A stretch of 64,000 nucleotides of DNA from the NCBI GenBank assembly GCA_963841735.1, contig CAWJDT010000006.1, positions 32,940-96,939 of the forward strand. Reading direction: 5' to 3'. Below are positions 33,590-42,986 of this stretch, piece by piece. The notes beneath the pieces are model-generated. The model was not told the DNA's origin. It ran no database searches and saw nothing but the letters and a program-made list of their open reading frames with translations. The first letter of the stretch is position 1; each line of letters starts with the position of its first letter. The translations under genes were made by a program, and so were the position numbers. The DNA comes from an uncultured Actinomycetes bacterium (GTDB taxonomy: Bacteria; Actinomycetota; Thermoleophilia; RBG-16-64-13).

Positions 33590-34085
33590 CCACCAGACCC
33601 GACAAATCCTCAGCACTTGCCTTGCCGACGATCTTCTTCACGATGATTCCTTCACCGTCAACGACGAACAGAGTAGGAATGGGCACCACCCCATACGCGC
33701 CGGCCGCCCGCTCGGCCTTGAGCATCACCGGGAAGACCCACCCGCCCTCGCTCATGAAGTCCGCCATGGCCGCTTCGCTGTCGCCGATGGCCATGGCCAA
33801 TACCGCTGCTTTGTCTTCGTTTTCTCGATAGAACCTATCGAGTTCGGACGCTTCCGCCCTGCAGGTGCTTCACCAACTGGCCATGAAGGCCAGCACCAGC
33901 GGCTTGCCGCGATACTCACTCAACGAGACCTGGCTACCTTCCAGAGTGATCCCAGAGAAATCCGGAGCCGTTTTGACCGAGGCACCGCCGCCCGGATCCG
34001 AACCACCGCAACCGACGACCAAGAAGACGCCCATCATTAGCAGCGCGCCAACCACGCGCGCGCCGCGACTACGACGGCCCATCAT
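33573..34085 (-). CDS. TlpA/ResA-like redoxin lipoprotein, probable selenoprotein (W-U-S-T-C; UGA at 33870-33872)
   Basis: Two same-frame track ORFs separated only by a TGA at the first-Cys position: LVVGC, APDFS, GKPLVLAFMASW*STCRAE, YGVVPIPTLFVVD. Confidence 0.85.
33824..33872 (-). promoter_or_regulatory. Candidate bacterial SECIS for the redoxin
   Basis: After UGA: GGGCG-GAAG-CGUCC (33846-33859) and perfect CUCGAUAG-GUU-CUAUCGAG (33824-33842); both loops begin with G. Confidence 0.55.
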
Positions 34086-34917
34086 GCGATGGCTCTCCCC
34101 TCTCGGCAGACCGGGGCGGGCCGAGGGGATCCGACGTGCCAGCACCGGCAGCTTCCTTGGCGAGTTCCGCCGGGCGCAAACGACCGCGCGTCGCGAACCA
34201 CCAAACACCCACTGCGCCCACCGGTATCAAGGCGATGCTGATCCACTGCTGCTGAGTGAGGCCAAGAGCTACCGGATCATTGGTGCGGATGAACTCCACC
34301 AGAAAACGCTCGATACCGGCAAAGATGGCATAAACGAATATGAGCGGGCCCTCTCTCCTGAAACGAGGGCCGAGGACCCAGACAAGGAGTGCGAAGATGA
34401 CCAAGGACGCGGCCGACTCATATATCTGAGTGGGGTGCACATGCACTCCTGGCAGAGTAGGCGGTATGCCTTCAGGAAAAGACATCCCCCAGGGCAGATC
34501 CGTAGGCGTGCCGTAATCGTCGCCCCGAAGCAGGCAGCCGACGCGCCCGACCGCATAGCCCAACGCGATCGCAACGGCAGTCGCATCCATCACCGCCGCC
34601 AACCTCTGGGTGGAGAGAACGGTGACGATCACAACCGCCAACAAAGCCCCGAACATGCCCCCGAACCATACCAGGCCCCCTCCGCTCAGCAGATTGCGAG
34701 GCCACAAGTCGGGGTGGATGATGAGAAAGTGGATCTTTGCCCCGAGCAGCCCCCCGATCACGCCGGCAATGACCACCCCGTAGATGAAGTCCGGGGCGAC
34801 GCCCCGCTTCTTAAACTGCCAGCGGGCCACCACGCCGCCCACGATGAACGCAAGCGCCATCATGATGCCGAACGAGTTCATCGTAAAGCCGCCGATGTGG
34901 AACAGTTCTGGGTACAT
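34069..34917 (-). CDS. lgt: Prolipoprotein diacylglyceryl transferase
   Basis: MYPELF, GGLVWFGG, GRVGC...DDYG, HPTQIYE, RFLVEFIR. Confidence 0.92.
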   Translation of the reverse strand: MYPELFHIGGFTMNSFGIMMALAFIVGGVVARWQFKKRGVAPDFIYGVVIAGVIGGLLGAKIHFLIIHPDLWPRNLLSGGGLVWFGGMFGALLAVVIVTVLSTQRLAAVMDATAVAIALGYAVGRVGCLLRGDDYGTPTDLPWGMSFPEGIPPTLPGVHVHPTQIYESAASLVIFALLVWVLGPRFRREGPLIFVYAIFAGIERFLVEFIRTNDPVALGLTQQQWISIALIPVGAVGVWWFATRGRLRPAELAKEAAGAGTSDPLGPPRSAERGEPSHDGPS

Positions 34918-34981
34918 GAGGCTCCTTGGACGAGGCCTGGCCACCGCCGCTCCACCAGAAAGTCGAGCGGCCGAGCATTAT

Positions 34982-35022
34982 CTCACGCGGACCACACGGG
35001 TCCGTCCAGGTCAGTGAGCTCA
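34982..35022 (-). promoter_or_regulatory. Candidate SECIS after the FmdB UGA
   Basis: UGA-G-CUCAC...CGGACC-CGUGU-GGUCCG-C-GUGAG; loop 21 nt after UGA with G at loop position 2. Confidence 0.45.
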
Positions 35023-35247
35023 GCTGAAGCCCGAGGCAGCCGAACAGCTCTTGGGGCCGCAGCCGCTACTGTCTTGACAAGAAGCCGCCGGGCTCAGCCC
35101 CGTGATACCCCCGAAGCCAGTAAAGCGCTGTTCCACCTCACGCCCGCCACATTCCGGGCAGACTTTGGCATCGTCCTTCAGAAAGCCCAGAACGAACACC
35201 TCGAAATCTTTGCCGCAGGTGCGGCATCTCAGATCGTAGCCGGCCAT
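35020..35247 (-). CDS. FmdB-family zinc-ribbon protein (possible C-terminal Sec extending to 35011)
   Basis: YDLRCRTCGKDFE, CPECGG, Cys/Ser tail ending SGFS-TGA; ATG overlaps the trxA stop. Confidence 0.85.
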   Translation of the reverse strand: MAGYDLRCRTCGKDFEVFVLGFLKDDAKVCPECGGREVEQRFTGFGGITGLSPAASCQDSSGCGPKSCSAASGFS

Positions 35248-35573
35248 CAGGCCAGGCCGAACTCGGTCTCGTAGTCCTGCTGATTGCGGGCGCCGATGAG
35301 TTGGGCCTTGAGCTCGCCCCCGGTGAAACATAGAACCGTAGGGATGCTCATGATCCCGAAGCGCGCAGCCAGTTCCTGATTGACGTCGACATTCACCTTC
35401 ACGACCTTGACGGTGCCCACATGGTCGGCCGCCAGCTTCTCCAAGACCGGGCCCACCATACGGCAGGGACCACACCAGGGTGCCCAGAAGTCGGCCACCA
35501 CCGGAACCTTCTCTGTGGACACTATCTGGTCGAACTCTTGGGCATTGACTTCCTGCACGGCCCCATCGCTCAT
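35247..35573 (-). CDS. trxA: Thioredoxin
   Basis: DFWAPWCGPCR, KVNVD, IMSIPT. Confidence 0.95.
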   Translation of the reverse strand: MSDGAVQEVNAQEFDQIVSTEKVPVVADFWAPWCGPCRMVGPVLEKLAADHVGTVKVVKVNVDVNQELAARFGIMSIPTVLCFTGGELKAQLIGARNQQDYETEFGLA

Positions 35574-35747
35574 CGCTTTCTCCTTTTCTGCTCCCGGCCG
35601 ACTTTCCGGCTTGTGCCTAGTCATGATAGCCGACACGGCGGACGGGCAACGCGCACTCCAGCCCCGCGGCTGTCCATATTGTTTCCATTTCCCCCAATCC
35701 GCTAACCTATGATCAGGATATGCAGAGCCCGAGCGGAGGCTATCGCC

Positions 35748-36404
35748 ATGAGACTCACGTACTACGGCCACTCTTGCTTTCTTGTGGAGGCGCAGGATGG
35801 CACCAGGATCATCCTCGACCCGTACCGGCATGGAGCATACGACGGGGCGCTGAGATACGAGCCCGTCGACGAGCCGGCTGACGCGGTGCTTGCCAGTCAC
35901 GAGCACGACGACCACGGGGCTGCCGACACCATCTCCGGCCAGCCACAGGTCTTGGTGCATCCGGTGGCAGCGGAAGTGGGCGGGGTGCGGATCCTTGGGA
36001 TCGAAGTGGCCCACGACGAAGCCGCCGGCAGCAAACGGGGCAAGAACACCATCATGGTGCTGGACGACGGCGATGTGCGCTTGGCGCATCTGGGCGATCT
36101 CGGCCATCCCCTGGACGAAGACACTGTCAAGAAGATCGGCCCTGTGGACATACTCATGGTGCCCGTAGGGGGCTTCTTCACCATCGACTACAAAGAAGCG
36201 GCGGCCGTGGTCGAGGCCTTGTCCCCCTGGGTAGTGCTGCCCATACACTACAAAACCAACAAGGTAGATTTTCCGATAGTACCGGCCGATCAGTTCCTCG
36301 CGACACAGACGACGGTGCATCACGAGGCCGGTTCGACTCTGGAAGTGACCAGGGCCACCCTTCCGAAACGGCGGACCACTGTCGTCCTGAGGCACGCCCG
36401 CTAG
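35748..36404 (+). CDS. Metallo-beta-lactamase-fold hydrolase
   Basis: YYGHSCF, SHEHDDH, HLGDLGH, PVGG, PIHY. Confidence 0.88.
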   Translation: MRLTYYGHSCFLVEAQDGTRIILDPYRHGAYDGALRYEPVDEPADAVLASHEHDDHGAADTISGQPQVLVHPVAAEVGGVRILGIEVAHDEAAGSKRGKNTIMVLDDGDVRLAHLGDLGHPLDEDTVKKIGPVDILMVPVGGFFTIDYKEAAAVVEALSPWVVLPIHYKTNKVDFPIVPADQFLATQTTVHHEAGSTLEVTRATLPKRRTTVVLRHAR

Positions 36405-36440
36405 GGCAGCCCCAAACACCGGCGACCGCAGGCTCACGGC

Positions 36441-39440
36441 TTGGATGATAGAGTAAAAGAACCACGGACATCGGATCCAGTAGGGAGGATCGTAGCCATT
36501 TCATCTGACAAAGATACCCCCAAGACAAACGGCGAGGACAAGAGCGCTGCAGCCGAGAAGACTGCGAGAAAGACCAAAGAAAAGAAGGGTCCCGATTTTC
36601 TGCAACGGGTTATGCGCGTAAAGCCAGGGCCCTTGCGTCGCCTGGTTCTTGCCGCCGTAGCGATTCTGGTGATCTACGGTCTGGGCGGTCTGATTTCGCG
36701 CATCATGACAGACTACCTCTGGTACCAAGAGGTCGGCCACACCAATGTCTTCACGACACCCGTCGTGGCCCGCATCCTGGTGGGCCTGTTCTTCGGCGTG
36801 GTCTTCTTCGCGCTCTTCTACGGCAGCATCTGGACGGCCCGCAAGCTATCCCCCCGTCTCCGTCCCGCCTCCGAGAGCCCGGACGGCAACGTGCTCGAAC
36901 TGATCACCCGCCGTCGTTGGCCGAGCCGGTTGCTGCTGCTCGCTTCCCTTGTGATCGCCGCCATCGTCGGCATCTCCTACAGCGGCCGCTGGCAAGAGGT
37001 GCTCCTCTTCCTAAACAAGCAGGATTTCGGCTATTCCGACCCACTGTTCGGCAAAGACGCCTCCTTCTATGTCTTCACCATGCCTATGTGGTCGATGTTG
37101 GTCAACTTCGTCGGGGTCACGGTACTGCTCGCCACCATTGCTACTGCATTCACCTATGTAGCCGACCGGGCCATGGTGCTCACCGAGAAGAACCGCATCA
37201 CCTTGGCGCCGCATGTCAAGGGACACCTGTCGGCCATCCTGGCCCTCGCTATGGTGGCCAAGGCAGGCGACTACATGCTCCAGACCTGGGAACTTAACTT
37301 CTCTATCAGGGGAGTGACCTTCGGAGCGAGCTATACAGACGTACACGCCTCGCTACCCGTGCTTCGCTTCCTTGCCATCGTGTCGCTCATCGCCGCTGTG
37401 CTCTTTCTTGTGAACATCCGCTTCCGTCGATGGGTGCTTCCCGCAGTGGCCATCGGGCTGATGATCCTCGCATGGGCGATAGGCGGCAAGCTTGCTCCGT
37501 ATCTTATCCAGCAGTACCAGGTGTCGCCCAACGAGGTGGTCAAGGAGAGCGAGTACATCGCCTCCAACATGGAGGCCACCCGCTGGGCCTACGGCATAGA
37601 CAAGATCTCCGAGAGCACCATCTCGGCGAGCGAGGACCTCACCGCCGAGGACATCGAAGCCAATGCGGCCACCATCGACAACATCCGCCTGTGGGAACCC
37701 AGGCCGGCGCTGTCCACCTATTCGCAGATCCAGGAACTCGGCCCTTACTACGCCTTCAACGACGTGGATGTCGATCGCTACACCATCGACGGGCAGTATC
37801 GCCAGGTGCTTTTGAGCGCCCGCGAATTCAACCAGGTCGGGCTACCGCCCCAGTCTCAGTCCTGGGTCAACAAACACCTCACCTATACCCATGGCTATGG
37901 GATCGTGCTGAGCCCGGCGAACGAGGTGGCCTCCAAGGGGCTCCCCTCGTTCTTCGTGAGCAACATCCCTCCGATGATGAGCACCGACCTCAAAGTCACG
38001 CGGCCCGAGATCTACTACGGGGAACTGGGCAACGACTTCGTAGTGGTACACACCGATAATCCGGAGTTCGACTACCCCATGGGTGACGCCGGCGCCAAGA
38101 CCACCTACGCCGGCGACGGAGGCATCCCCGTGGGCAGCACAGCCCGCCAGTTGGCCTTCGCGTTCCGCTTCAACAGCATGAAGCTGCTCTTCTCCGGTTC
38201 GTTGAACGCCGATTCCCGAATCATGTTCCGCCGCACCATCCAGGAACGGGTCCAGGCCGTCGCCCCCTTCCTCTCCTACGACAAGGATCCGTATTTGGTG
38301 GTCCGAGACGACGGCTCACTCGTGTGGATGTGGGATGCCTATTCCACCACCGGCCGCTTCCCCTACTCTCAGCCTCGAGCCGACGGGATCAACTACATCC
38401 GCAACTCCGTCAAGGTGGTAATAGACGCGTACGACGGCACCATGACGCTCTACCAAATGGACAGCGCCGATGCCCTCGTCAACACATGGGGCAAGGTCTA
38501 CAAAGGTCTGTTCACCCCTGGCGACCAGATGCCGGCCGACCTGCGGACGCACCTACGCTACCCCGAAGACCTATACAGCGTGCAGGCCGAAGTTCTCTCC
38601 ACCTACCACGTGCGAGACCTGACGATGTTCTACAACAATGAGGGCGCCTGGCAGATTCCCAAGGAGCTGTACGGAACAGAAGAGATCCCCGTGACGCCGT
38701 ACTACGAGCTGCTGACCCTGCCTGGCGAGACCGCGGCCGAATTCGCTCTCCTGCTCCCGTTCGTGCAGCTCAACAAGACCAACATGACTGCGCTTCTCGT
38801 AGCCCGTCAGGACAAGGATCATTATGGAGAACTGCTCGCCATCAACTTCCCCAGGGACAAGTTCATCGACGGCCCGGCCCAAGTGGAAGCCCAGATAAGC
38901 AACGACCCTGTCATCTCGCCGCAACTCACCCTGTGGGACCAAGCCGGCAGCACGGTCATCCGCGGCAATCTTCTGGTGGTCCCAGTGAACCAATCGGTGA
39001 TGTACTTCGAGCCTGTGTACCTTCAGTCGGAGACGACGAAGATACCGGAGTTGGCACGTGTCATCGTTGTCTACGGCGAGCACGCGGTCATGGAACCGAC
39101 CCTGAAAGAAGCCCTTCTCAAGATCTTCGGTGAGTCCGGAGGCCCGGTGACTACCGTCCCGACGGGCGGCGCGACGACCACCGTGCCTGGCGGCACGACC
39201 CCGACCACCACTCCGGGTAGCACAACCTCCACGACGACGCCGAGTGGGACTACGACGACCACGATCTCCGGCGGTCCGACCACCACGCTGCCGTCCGACC
39301 CGGCCGCGCTTGCCGCGCTGGCCGACCAGACGCTCAAGGCCGCACTTGAGGCACAGAAGCGCGGAGACTGGGCCGAATACGGACGGCTGATCGACGAGGT
39401 TAGTCGGATCCTAGAGGCGGCTCTCACGGCAGGACAATAG
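36441..39440 (+). CDS. UPF0182-family membrane protein
   Basis: DYLWYQEVG, GASYTDV, NIRLWE, YTHGYG, NYIRNSVK, RYPEDL, RGNLLVVP; Thr-rich linker; start uncertain. Confidence 0.92.
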   Translation: MDDRVKEPRTSDPVGRIVAISSDKDTPKTNGEDKSAAAEKTARKTKEKKGPDFLQRVMRVKPGPLRRLVLAAVAILVIYGLGGLISRIMTDYLWYQEVGHTNVFTTPVVARILVGLFFGVVFFALFYGSIWTARKLSPRLRPASESPDGNVLELITRRRWPSRLLLLASLVIAAIVGISYSGRWQEVLLFLNKQDFGYSDPLFGKDASFYVFTMPMWSMLVNFVGVTVLLATIATAFTYVADRAMVLTEKNRITLAPHVKGHLSAILALAMVAKAGDYMLQTWELNFSIRGVTFGASYTDVHASLPVLRFLAIVSLIAAVLFLVNIRFRRWVLPAVAIGLMILAWAIGGKLAPYLIQQYQVSPNEVVKESEYIASNMEATRWAYGIDKISESTISASEDLTAEDIEANAATIDNIRLWEPRPALSTYSQIQELGPYYAFNDVDVDRYTIDGQYRQVLLSAREFNQVGLPPQSQSWVNKHLTYTHGYGIVLSPANEVASKGLPSFFVSNIPPMMSTDLKVTRPEIYYGELGNDFVVVHTDNPEFDYPMGDAGAKTTYAGDGGIPVGSTARQLAFAFRFNSMKLLFSGSLNADSRIMFRRTIQERVQAVAPFLSYDKDPYLVVRDDGSLVWMWDAYSTTGRFPYSQPRADGINYIRNSVKVVIDAYDGTMTLYQMDSADALVNTWGKVYKGLFTPGDQMPADLRTHLRYPEDLYSVQAEVLSTYHVRDLTMFYNNEGAWQIPKELYGTEEIPVTPYYELLTLPGETAAEFALLLPFVQLNKTNMTALLVARQDKDHYGELLAINFPRDKFIDGPAQVEAQISNDPVISPQLTLWDQAGSTVIRGNLLVVPVNQSVMYFEPVYLQSETTKIPELARVIVVYGEHAVMEPTLKEALLKIFGESGGPVTTVPTGGATTTVPGGTTPTTTPGSTTSTTTPSGTTTTTISGGPTTTLPSDPAALAALADQTLKAALEAQKRGDWAEYGRLIDEVSRILEAALTAGQ

Positions 39441-39554
39441 ACCCACGAGGGCATCGTATCCTCCAGCGAGGCGCCCGGATACGATGCCCTCGGTTTGCAC
39501 CGTACGCTTTGTGGCAATACCGTAGCTGACAAGAGCGATCAGACGAGGTTTGCG

Positions 39555-40028
39555 GTGGGAACGAAAGACGAGGATGAAGCCTCTGGAGCGCGGAGGCTTC
39601 ATGGAGATGTGGATAGGCTGCTTCTCGACCTCCTGCGCAGCGGGCGCGCCCCTCGACAGGGGCCTGCGGCCTTCCAGCCCAACGCCGACGTGTACTGCTG
39701 CCAACGGGAGATGTCGGTGGTAGTCAAACTGGAGCTACCTGGTATCGACCCCGACCGCATCACCCTGGAGATCGAAGGCAACCTGCTCCGGGTGGGTGGC
39801 GTCCGCAGCGACCAACGTCCTCCCGATGCCGTCTACCACCAGATGGAGATCTCATACGGCCGTTTCGAACGAGTGATCTCACTCCCGCCGGAGGTGGACA
39901 TCGCCCAGGCCACCGCAGACTACAACGGAGGTTACCTGGAAGTGCGACTGCCCATCAAGCAACGCTCGGCGGCCAGACACATCGTCATCACCCCGTCCAA
40001 CGAAGACAAGGAGAACGAGAAGGAATGA
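39555..40028 (+). CDS. Hsp20 small heat-shock protein
   Basis: PNADVY, LELPGID, MEISYGRFERVISLP, YNGGYLEVRLP. Confidence 0.88.
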   Translation: MGTKDEDEASGARRLHGDVDRLLLDLLRSGRAPRQGPAAFQPNADVYCCQREMSVVVKLELPGIDPDRITLEIEGNLLRVGGVRSDQRPPDAVYHQMEISYGRFERVISLPPEVDIAQATADYNGGYLEVRLPIKQRSAARHIVITPSNEDKENEKE

Positions 40029-42502
40029 CTGCCCGCGAAACAGGACGTGAGCGTCTCGGGCTCGGCCGCGGTGGCGCCGAGGTCGGTGTGCTCTCGGCCG
40101 CCGGTCAGGACTTCGTGATCTTCTCCCGAGAGCCCAAGGACGAGGCCCAGGAACCCGTACCCACCCACCTGCCCATCCTACCGCTCAAGGACACCGTGGT
40201 CTTTCCTGAGACCATGATGCCCCTGGCCGTCGGCCAACCGCGCTCCGTGCGCCTTATAGAAGACGTTCTCCAGACGGACAAACTGGTGGGATTGTTCGCG
40301 TCCAAAAACCCCGAGCTCGAGACCCCGGGCCCGAGCGACGTGCACAGAGTGGGCGTGCTCGCGAGCATCCAGAAGATGCTAAAGGCCCCTGATGGTACCC
40401 TGCGAATCATTGCTCAAGGCATCCGCCGCATTGAGATAGAGGGCTTCGAGTCTGAGGATCCCTACCTGTCGGCCGAGGTCCGCGATCTGCCCGACGTGGT
40501 CGAGTTGGGAACCGAGTTGGAGGCCCTGCAGCGCAACTTGGTATCGGTCTACACGAGGATCATCCAGCTCGTACCCTATCTGCCCGACGAGTTGGAGATG
40601 GCCGTGGCCAGCATCGACGACCCGGCCGCGTTGGGCTACTTCATCGCCTCCACCATGCGCCTCAAGACCGAGGACAAGCAGGCTCTCCTCGAAGAAGTGG
40701 AGCTCTCCAAGCGCCTGCGCCGGCTGACTTCACTGATGAGCCGCGAACTGGAAGTGCTCGAGCTGGGCTCGAAAATCCAGGACCAGGTTCAGTCCGAGAT
40801 GGATAAGAGCCAGCGGGAGTATGTTCTCCGTCAGCAGATGAAGGCCATCCAGGACGAGTTGGGCGAGACCGATGAGACCCAAGCCGAGGCAAATGAGCTG
40901 CGCGAGCGCATCGACAAGGCCGGGCTCCCCCAAGACGTGGAGAAGCAGGCTCGGCGCGAGCTGGACAGGCTGTCAAAGCTCCCCGCCGCCGCCGCTGAGT
41001 ACGGAGTTATTCGCACCTACCTCGACTGGATCGTCTCGCTGCCCTGGTCGGTGACCACCCCCAACCACCTGGACATCGGCAACGCCCGTAAGGTGCTCGA
41101 CGAGGATCATTACGACCTAGAGGATGTGAAAGACCGCATCCTCGAGTTCCTGGCGGTACAGAAGCTCAAGGACGAGGTCTCAGGACCCATCCTTTGCCTG
41201 GCCGGGCCTCCCGGCGTGGGCAAGACCAGCCTGGGCAAGAGCATCGCTCGGGCCATGGAGCGCAAGTTCATCCGCGTCAGCGTGGGCGGGGTGCGCGACG
41301 AATCCGAGATCCGCGGCCATCGCCGGACATATGTGGGCGCCATGCCCGGCACCATCATCCGAGCCATTCGCGACGCCGGCAGCAACAACCCTGTGTTCAT
41401 GATCGACGAGATCGACAAGATGGGCTCCGACTGGCGGGGTGATCCCTCGAGCGCCATGCTGGAAGTGTTGGATCCCGAGCAGAACTCCACCTTCCGCGAT
41501 CACTACCTCGACCTACCCTTCGACCTGTCTAGGGTCATGTTCATCTGCACGGCCAACATGCTCGATACCATCCCCGGACCGCTACGCGACCGCATGGAGA
41601 TCATCTCCATCGCCGGCTATACCGAAGAAGACAAGCTACACATCGCCCGGCGCTACCTGGTGCCGCGGCAACTGGAGCGCAACGGTCTAAGGAAGGGCCA
41701 GCTCACCATCACAGACGCCGCTTTGCGGTTGCTGATCGAGGGCTACACGCGCGAAGCGGGAGTGCGCTCGCTCGAGCGGCAAATAGGCTCGGTGGCTCGC
41801 AAATTCGCGCGCATGGTGGCCGAGGACGGCCGCAAGCGGATCACGGTGGGTGAGAAGAGAGTGGTCGAGTTCCTGGGCAAGAAGAAGGTGTTCCGCGAGA
41901 CCAAGCGGCGCACCAGCGAGCCGGGAGTATCGACCGGCTTGGCCTGGACACCCGCCGGGGGCGAAATACTCTTCATCGAGGCGCGGGCCATGCCGGGCAG
42001 CGGTCGCCTCACTCTTACGGGACAGTTGGGTGACGTCATGAAGGAATCGGCTCAGGCGGCCCTCACCTACGTACGGAGCGATGCCGACCGGCTGGGCATC
42101 GACGTGGAGTTCTTCCAGAAGCACGACATACATGTGCACGTGCCGGCTGGGGCGGTGCCCAAGGACGGCCCCTCGGCCGGGGTGGCGATGGCGGTCGCCC
42201 TGGCCAGCATGGCCTCGGGACGGGCCGTCGATCCGAGCGTGGCCATGACCGGCGAAGTCACCCTCACCGGGCAGGTACTGCCGGTGGGCGGCATCAAAGA
42301 GAAGGTGCTTGCCGCCCGGGCGGCCGGGATCACCCACGTGTTCCTGCCCTTCCGCAACGAAGCTGATGTGGACGATATCCGCGGCGACGCGGTGCTCGAA
42401 GGCATCACGTTCACGTACGTGGAGCACGTTGGTATGGCGTTCGACCAGGTCCTGCTCTCAGGAGCGACCAAACGCGTCGCGCCGAAGCCGGCCCGTGCCT
42501 AA
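40025..42502 (+). CDS. lon: ATP-dependent protease La
   Basis: LPILPLKDTVVFP, GPPGVGKTS, GHRRTYVGAMPG, PKDGPSAG, GGIKEK. Confidence 0.97.
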   Translation: MTARETGRERLGLGRGGAEVGVLSAAGQDFVIFSREPKDEAQEPVPTHLPILPLKDTVVFPETMMPLAVGQPRSVRLIEDVLQTDKLVGLFASKNPELETPGPSDVHRVGVLASIQKMLKAPDGTLRIIAQGIRRIEIEGFESEDPYLSAEVRDLPDVVELGTELEALQRNLVSVYTRIIQLVPYLPDELEMAVASIDDPAALGYFIASTMRLKTEDKQALLEEVELSKRLRRLTSLMSRELEVLELGSKIQDQVQSEMDKSQREYVLRQQMKAIQDELGETDETQAEANELRERIDKAGLPQDVEKQARRELDRLSKLPAAAAEYGVIRTYLDWIVSLPWSVTTPNHLDIGNARKVLDEDHYDLEDVKDRILEFLAVQKLKDEVSGPILCLAGPPGVGKTSLGKSIARAMERKFIRVSVGGVRDESEIRGHRRTYVGAMPGTIIRAIRDAGSNNPVFMIDEIDKMGSDWRGDPSSAMLEVLDPEQNSTFRDHYLDLPFDLSRVMFICTANMLDTIPGPLRDRMEIISIAGYTEEDKLHIARRYLVPRQLERNGLRKGQLTITDAALRLLIEGYTREAGVRSLERQIGSVARKFARMVAEDGRKRITVGEKRVVEFLGKKKVFRETKRRTSEPGVSTGLAWTPAGGEILFIEARAMPGSGRLTLTGQLGDVMKESAQAALTYVRSDADRLGIDVEFFQKHDIHVHVPAGAVPKDGPSAGVAMAVALASMASGRAVDPSVAMTGEVTLTGQVLPVGGIKEKVLAARAAGITHVFLPFRNEADVDDIRGDAVLEGITFTYVEHVGMAFDQVLLSGATKRVAPKPARA

Positions 42503-42956
42503 CCGCTGGAGCCCGGCGGACCGGGACGGGGCCTACACCGAGCTTGACCATCCGGCCGACGTACTGCTAGAGATCTGGGGTAAGAACCTACCTGGCCTCT
42601 TCGATAACGCGCTGTTCGCGCTGTATGACCAGCTTGCGGAACTCGAGGGATTCGAAGCTGAGCGCAAGGAGATCATGGCGGTGAATGCGCCCACCCCTGC
42701 GGAGGCACTCCGCTCCCTGTTGTCCGAGGCCCTCTACCGGTTTGCCACAAAAGGCTTCGTGGCCACCCGGGCGGAGATAGACGTGAAGACAACACCGACG
42801 GACGGAATCGAGGTCACTGCCGAGTTGCACGGTGAGACCGTCGACCGGCAGCGCCACACACTGCTGACCGAGGTCAAAGCGGTCACGTATCACAAGCTCT
42901 CGGTGGAGCCCCAGCCTGATGGCAGCTGGCGGGCCACTGTGCTGTTCGACGCCTAA
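42495..42956 (+). CDS. Archease
   Basis: LDHPADV, EVKAVTYH, C-terminal LFDA; directly before rtcB. Confidence 0.9.
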   Translation: MPNRWSPADRDGAYTELDHPADVLLEIWGKNLPGLFDNALFALYDQLAELEGFEAERKEIMAVNAPTPAEALRSLLSEALYRFATKGFVATRAEIDVKTTPTDGIEVTAELHGETVDRQRHTLLTEVKAVTYHKLSVEPQPDGSWRATVLFDA

Positions 42957-42986
42957 GAACCCGCGACGGAAAGCGCGAAACAGGCG

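Noticed and set aside
35247-36437. 396-aa extended thioredoxin ORF
   Set aside because: The extension is antisense to the MBL gene; the real start is 35573, after AAGGAGA.
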